NCBI GenBank assembly: GCA_012522635.1
Contig: JAAYKA010000016.1
Span: 1,290-65,289 of the forward strand
Source of the DNA: Candidatus Cloacimonadota bacterium
GTDB taxonomy: Bacteria > Cloacimonadota > Cloacimonadia > Cloacimonadales > Cloacimonadaceae
Direction: 5' to 3'
DNA: 64,000 nt
A model generated the notes under the pieces. The model did not search any database. It worked only from the letters and a program-made list of their open reading frames with translations, and was not told the origin of the DNA. Of the stretch, positions 59,877 to 64,000 are shown piece by piece. The stretch's first letter is position 1. Each line of letters starts with the position of its first letter. A program made the translations under genes and the position numbers.

Positions 59877-61160
59877 CTACTTTGAATGTTTGGATTCCCG
59901 GGCAATCTCTGCCGCCAAAACAGCCGCCGCCTCATCCAAAGCCTGTTGGGGCGTGAGTTTCCCTTCCTTTGCTCTTTCCAGGGAATGCTTCAGTTCATCC
60001 CGTCCCGCAAACCAGGCTGGATGTTGAGGTTCAAAAACCGCGTCGTCCAACTGGGCGTAGATGGCTTTAAACTGGGGGTATGTATCCAGAAAGTCAATGA
60101 TGGTCTTGGTTTTCATGGCGCTTTTACGCAGAGGCATATAGCAGGTGCGAGCGCTCCATTTGGCTGTTTGCTCTGTATCGGTGAACCATTTGATGAATTC
60201 CCAGGCGGCTTGTTCACGTTTGGGATTTCCACTTTTGAAAATTACGATATTCGCGCCGCTGATGGCGCTTTTACGGGTTTTATAGACCGGCAGAGGGGCA
60301 TAGCCAATGTTGAAATTGATGGGCTGTTGGCGCATATAGGTGATGGAAACGCTGGAGCCTTCAAACATCGCCACGGTTCCCGCCATAAAAGCGTTTTGCC
60401 CATCCAATTCCTTGGTTGCCAGTGCGGTTTTATCCTTGTTCACCAAGCCCAGAGTGTAGTTCAACGCCTCCAAGCCTGCCGGACTGTTCAAGACGGGTCT
60501 GTCGTTTTCGTCCATGATGGTTCCACCCGCCTGGTGAATCAGGTTTACAAATTGCCATTCGTTCACGGTGAAATTCGCGCCGTATCTGGCGGGACTGTCC
60601 TTGGTTTTGGGGCTGGTCAGAATGCCGCAATATTCCCGGAATTCATCCCAGGTTTCGGGAAAATGGTTGGGATCCAATCCCGCGCGCCAAAAGGCGTCTT
60701 TGTTATAGAAGTAGGCACGCACACTTTTATTGAATGGAAATGACCACTTTTTCCCCTGATAGGTGATGGAATTCATGAACACGGGATAAAAATCATCCAG
60801 TTCTTCGGGAGTGAAATCCGCATCATTTGCCAAAAGGCTATCAATGCTCACCAACACGTCATCCTGTTGATATTTGGCTGCCCAGGATTCAAAAACTTGG
60901 GCGAGGTCTGGCTGTTTTCCCACCTGCAGGGACGCTGAAAGCTTTTGCTGAAGGGCGTTGTAGCTGCTGATGGGATTCGCGACGACCTCAATGTTGGGGT
61001 GCGTTTTGTTGAAATCGATAATCATTTCGTTCAAAACATCACCCAAGGGGCCGCTGAGACCGTGCCAAAAACGAATCTGAACTCTATCGGATCGCGCGGA
61101 AGGGCCGCAGCCCACCAAAAAAAGTGTTAAAAGTAGGAGCAGGCTCAAAAATCGCCTCAT
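59877..61160 (-). CDS. ABC-transporter extracellular solute-binding lipoprotein (family 1, sugar-type)
   Basis: The start is set at MRRFLSLLLLLTLFLVGCG (lipobox). It has family-1 SBP length and pattern. No permease or ATPase gene is adjacent. Confidence 0.75.
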   Translation of the reverse strand: MRRFLSLLLLLTLFLVGCGPSARSDRVQIRFWHGLSGPLGDVLNEMIIDFNKTHPNIEVVANPISSYNALQQKLSASLQVGKQPDLAQVFESWAAKYQQDDVLVSIDSLLANDADFTPEELDDFYPVFMNSITYQGKKWSFPFNKSVRAYFYNKDAFWRAGLDPNHFPETWDEFREYCGILTSPKTKDSPARYGANFTVNEWQFVNLIHQAGGTIMDENDRPVLNSPAGLEALNYTLGLVNKDKTALATKELDGQNAFMAGTVAMFEGSSVSITYMRQQPINFNIGYAPLPVYKTRKSAISGANIVIFKSGNPKREQAAWEFIKWFTDTEQTAKWSARTCYMPLRKSAMKTKTIIDFLDTYPQFKAIYAQLDDAVFEPQHPAWFAGRDELKHSLERAKEGKLTPQQALDEAAAVLAAEIARESKHSK

Positions 61161-61299
61161 GGTTCTTTCCTTTAAAGTGTCATTGCGATGCCACAGGACA
61201 TCCAAGCTTCCATTTAATTCTGCCTCCGCTTTCCAGTCAATCTTTTTTTAGCCTGAAGCTCGATTCCCATAATTTCATTTTTGGCTGAGAAGCTGTCAT

Positions 61300-61565
61300 T
61301 TCACTTTTCAAACCCCGAACCGTCATTCCGAACGCCAACTTAGGACAGGTCGGAACACCGGTTTCAACCGGTCGTAGGTGCCAGATTCATCTGGCACAAT
61401 GTTCTTCCCACCACCCACCTCCACCCACCACAACCCAGCCCCTGAGCTTGGAGGAACACCGGATTCATCCGGTCGTTGGTGCCAGATTCATCTGGCACAA
61501 TGTTCTTCCGACCACCCAACTCCGCCCACCACAACCCAGCCCCGAAGCGTCATTTCGTTTTTGTT
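61300..61565 (+). repeat. modular hairpin repeats (locus D)
   Basis: Contains CCGTCATTCCGAACGCC, ACCGGTTTCAACCGGTCG, GTGCCAGATTCATCTGGCAC twice (61378-61397 and 61479-61498), CACCGGATTCATCCGGTCG, CCGACCACCCAACTCCGCCCACCACAACCCAGCCCC and GCGTCATTTCG. Confidence 0.85.
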
Positions 61566-61794
61566 GAATCTTTATGCTTGTCATGGAATTTGATTTTAAA
61601 AATATGGTGGAAAGGAAACATCCTTGTCGGGGAACAAGTGATGATGTATTTATAAATTAGCCTTTATAGGAATGAAAATTGCAAACAAATATTCACATAG
61701 AGTGTCCCCACCTGAAAACACCTGTACGGGAGAATCCATAACGTTTTAAGCAAGTGATAACCACAATAAAGTTTTGGAAAATCAGGAGAAAGAC

Positions 61795-63579
61795 ATGAAA
61801 AGGAAAAGCTTCTTTTGGCTGGCATTGATAGTTTTATCGATGCTTTCGACATCGGTTTTTGCCCAGTTCGCCGGAGGTTCCGGCACCGAGAACGACCCCT
61901 GGCAGATTGCCACGGCAGATCATTTGAACAATCTGCGCAACTACCTTGGATCGGTGCATCACGATAAGTTTTTCATCCAAACGGCGGATATCGATTTGGG
62001 GGTTCCTCCCTACAGCGAGGGCGAAGGCTGGGAGCCGATTGGACAAGAGGATTGGCAAACTCACTTTCAAGGCAATTACGATGGAGCCGGGCATAAAATC
62101 AGCGGACTCTATATCGACAGGCCGGATGAGAATTTTCAGGCTCTTTTTGGCGTCATGCGCGGAAGCGTCCGGGATTTGGAACTGGAGGACGTAAACGTGA
62201 CAGGCGGAACAAATGTCGGCGCTTTGGTGGGAGAAGCCGACGGGGCCGGTGTCATCAGCGGCTGTCACAGTTCAGGATACGTTGAAGGCTATAGTACTGT
62301 CGGCGGCTTGGTGGGCTTGGCTAACTATTCCCAAATCATCGACTGCCACAGTTCCGCAACGGTTATGGGGCAGTTACACACGGGCGGTCTGCTTGGGGGA
62401 ATTGAAGGCGGCAAACTCCTGAACTGCTACAGCTCTTCAACGGTTTGGGGAATGGAGAACACGGGAGGTTTGATCGGAACTGTGTTAAACGATGCCGATA
62501 TTTCCCACTGCCACAGCAGCGGTGAGGTGACCGGAGAATATAAGACCGGCGGCTTTGCAGGAGAATTTGATTACAAGATTATTGACGAAGAATTTCAGAT
62601 CTACGCCACCCTCTGTCATAGTTCCGCAGAGGTTTATGGCGTCACGAGTACGGGCGGATTTGCGGGCAGTTCCGCTTTTCCGATGGACTTTTGCCACAGT
62701 ACGGGAGCTGTAAACGGCCAAATTAAAACCGGCGGATTTGTGGGAGAGAACCTCGTAAGCATCTCAAACTGCTTTAGCACAGGAAGCGTTTATGGCATGC
62801 AAGATACGGGTGGGTTTGTGGGATGGAATCAAGGGTTAACCAAAGAATGCTATAGCCAGGGAGAGGTGTGGGGCGAAGAAAATACCGGCGGCTTGGCGGG
62901 CAGAACCTCGGGGTTTATCCGAGACTGCTATAGCGCCGCCAACGTTGATGGCAATGACAACACCGGCGGCTTGGCGGGAAAAAATGAGGCCTTCATCCTC
63001 ACATCATACAGCTATGGGGGCGTTTTTGGTGAAATCCCAACTACGGGCGGTTTGGTGGGAAAAAATCAGCCCAACAACACGCAGATTCTAAGCAGCTATT
63101 GGGATATGGAAGCTTCGGCTCAATCCAGCAGCGATGGCGGACAAGGGCGCCTGACGGCGCAGATGGTCTTTCCCCACAGCGATGACAGCTACGTGGCTTG
63201 GGACTGGGAAATCTGGGCGCCGGATGCAGAACACAGCATAAACGGCGGCTACCCCTACCTTCGAGCCTTTCACACTGATTCCGGAATTGACGACCCCGTT
63301 CCGTCCATCCCGGAAAACATGATCAGCGCATTTCCACAGCCGGCTTTCAAAGCGCCGAGGGTTTCCATCAAAAGCGAAAGCCCTGGAAAGCTCAGCTATG
63401 CAATCTATAACGTTCGTGGACAGAAAGTGTATTCCGCGGAGATTTTGGGTTTTGAAAAAGAACAGAGCTTCGAGCTTCCCCTTGAGGCTTGGAAGCGGCT
63501 TTCAAATGGGGTTTATCTCTTGAGTTTGGAAAGGGATAAACACAGAATCGCCACGTCCAGGATGGTGGTGGTGAAATAG
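61795..63579 (+). CDS. secreted GLUG-motif repeat protein with T9SS-type C-terminal domain
   Basis: The start is set at MKRKSFFWLALIV, preceded by an AGGAGAAAGAC SD. There are about ten repeats of C(H/Y)SS..V.G...TGG(L/F)(V/A/I)G. The C-terminus reads FPQPAF...YAIYNVRGQKV...LSNGVYLLSL. Confidence 0.8.
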   Translation: MKRKSFFWLALIVLSMLSTSVFAQFAGGSGTENDPWQIATADHLNNLRNYLGSVHHDKFFIQTADIDLGVPPYSEGEGWEPIGQEDWQTHFQGNYDGAGHKISGLYIDRPDENFQALFGVMRGSVRDLELEDVNVTGGTNVGALVGEADGAGVISGCHSSGYVEGYSTVGGLVGLANYSQIIDCHSSATVMGQLHTGGLLGGIEGGKLLNCYSSSTVWGMENTGGLIGTVLNDADISHCHSSGEVTGEYKTGGFAGEFDYKIIDEEFQIYATLCHSSAEVYGVTSTGGFAGSSAFPMDFCHSTGAVNGQIKTGGFVGENLVSISNCFSTGSVYGMQDTGGFVGWNQGLTKECYSQGEVWGEENTGGLAGRTSGFIRDCYSAANVDGNDNTGGLAGKNEAFILTSYSYGGVFGEIPTTGGLVGKNQPNNTQILSSYWDMEASAQSSSDGGQGRLTAQMVFPHSDDSYVAWDWEIWAPDAEHSINGGYPYLRAFHTDSGIDDPVPSIPENMISAFPQPAFKAPRVSIKSESPGKLSYAIYNVRGQKVYSAEILGFEKEQSFELPLEAWKRLSNGVYLLSLERDKHRIATSRMVVVK

Positions 63580-63599
63580 GATTTTATAAGGAGAAAGAC

Positions 63600-64000
63600 A
63601 TGAAAAGGAAAAGCTTTTTTTGGCTGGCATTGATGTTTTTATCGATGCTTTCGACATCGGTTTTTGCCCAGTTCGCCGGAGGTTCCGGCACCCAGGACGA
63701 CCCCTGGCAGGTCGCCACGGCCGAACATTTGAACAACGTGCGGTATTATTTGGGAGTTGCGCATGAAGACAAATACTTTATCCAAACGGCAAATATTGAT
63801 TTGGGCGTCCCCCCATGGAACGAGGGCGAAGGCTGGGAGCCAATTGGAGGAGTTAACTATCTAAAGAATTTTCATGGCAACTACAATGGAAATGGACACG
63901 TGATTTCGGGACTCTATATAAATAGACCCATTGGCAGCTCTCAAGGTCTCTTTGGTAGACTGGAAGGAACCATTCAAAACCTGGGGCTTGCAGACGTTGA
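63600..64000 (+). CDS. second GLUG-type paralogue, N-terminal part only (window edge)
   Basis: Not in the track because it runs off the window. ATG 63600 has the same AGGAGAAAGAC SD. Translation gives MKRKSFFWLALMFLSMLSTSVFAQFAGGSGTQDDPWQVATAEHLNNVRYYLG..., nearly identical to the N-terminus of the preceding gene. Confidence 0.75.
   Translation, partial: MKRKSFFWLALMFLSMLSTSVFAQFAGGSGTQDDPWQVATAEHLNNVRYYLGVAHEDKYFIQTANIDLGVPPWNEGEGWEPIGGVNYLKNFHGNYNGNGHVISGLYINRPIGSSQGLFGRLEGTIQNLGLADV

Overview
A gene-dense 64-kb chromosomal window from a diderm bacterium. Several secreted proteins carry a C-terminal T9SS/FlgD-type sorting domain and there is a PorV/PorQ-like gene, which suggests an uncultured FCB-group-like (possibly Cloacimonadota-like) lineage; that taxonomic placement is inference only.

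Positions 1-24.6 kb form an almost uninterrupted minus-strand block:
- Housekeeping genes: lpxB (partial), recO, an NFACT/RqcH-like gene, tadA, rsmA, ribD and nadE.
- A minimal ECF-type transporter and tRNA-Ser(CGA).
- Two outer-membrane barrels.
- A tight three-gene unit: a 1.83-kaa kinase-like/P-loop-like/TPR/GAF/histidine-kinase protein, a 978-aa TPR protein and an outer-membrane barrel.

Positions 25.0-33.8 kb are the only clearly accessory segment. It is a Type I restriction-modification cassette (hsdM, rhuM-family gene, hsdS, hsdR). A 37-38 bp inverted repeat and mutually inverted arrays of a modular hairpin-repeat family bracket it. That repeat family recurs at about 48.8-49.1 kb and 61.3-61.6 kb.

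The rest of the window contains:
- Housekeeping genes: rsmI, kbl, secG, asnB-like, trxB and alaS.
- Two tRNA-Leu genes, one with an unusual AAG (A34) anticodon.
- T9SS-type cargo genes: a thioredoxin-fold protein, a cyclophilin, an M6 metalloprotease and tandem GLUG-repeat proteins.
- A PorV-like / M6 protease / three-paralogue outer-membrane operon.

I saw no rRNA, CRISPR array, transposase or integrase. All calls come from reading the sequence and the ORF track; no database search was run.
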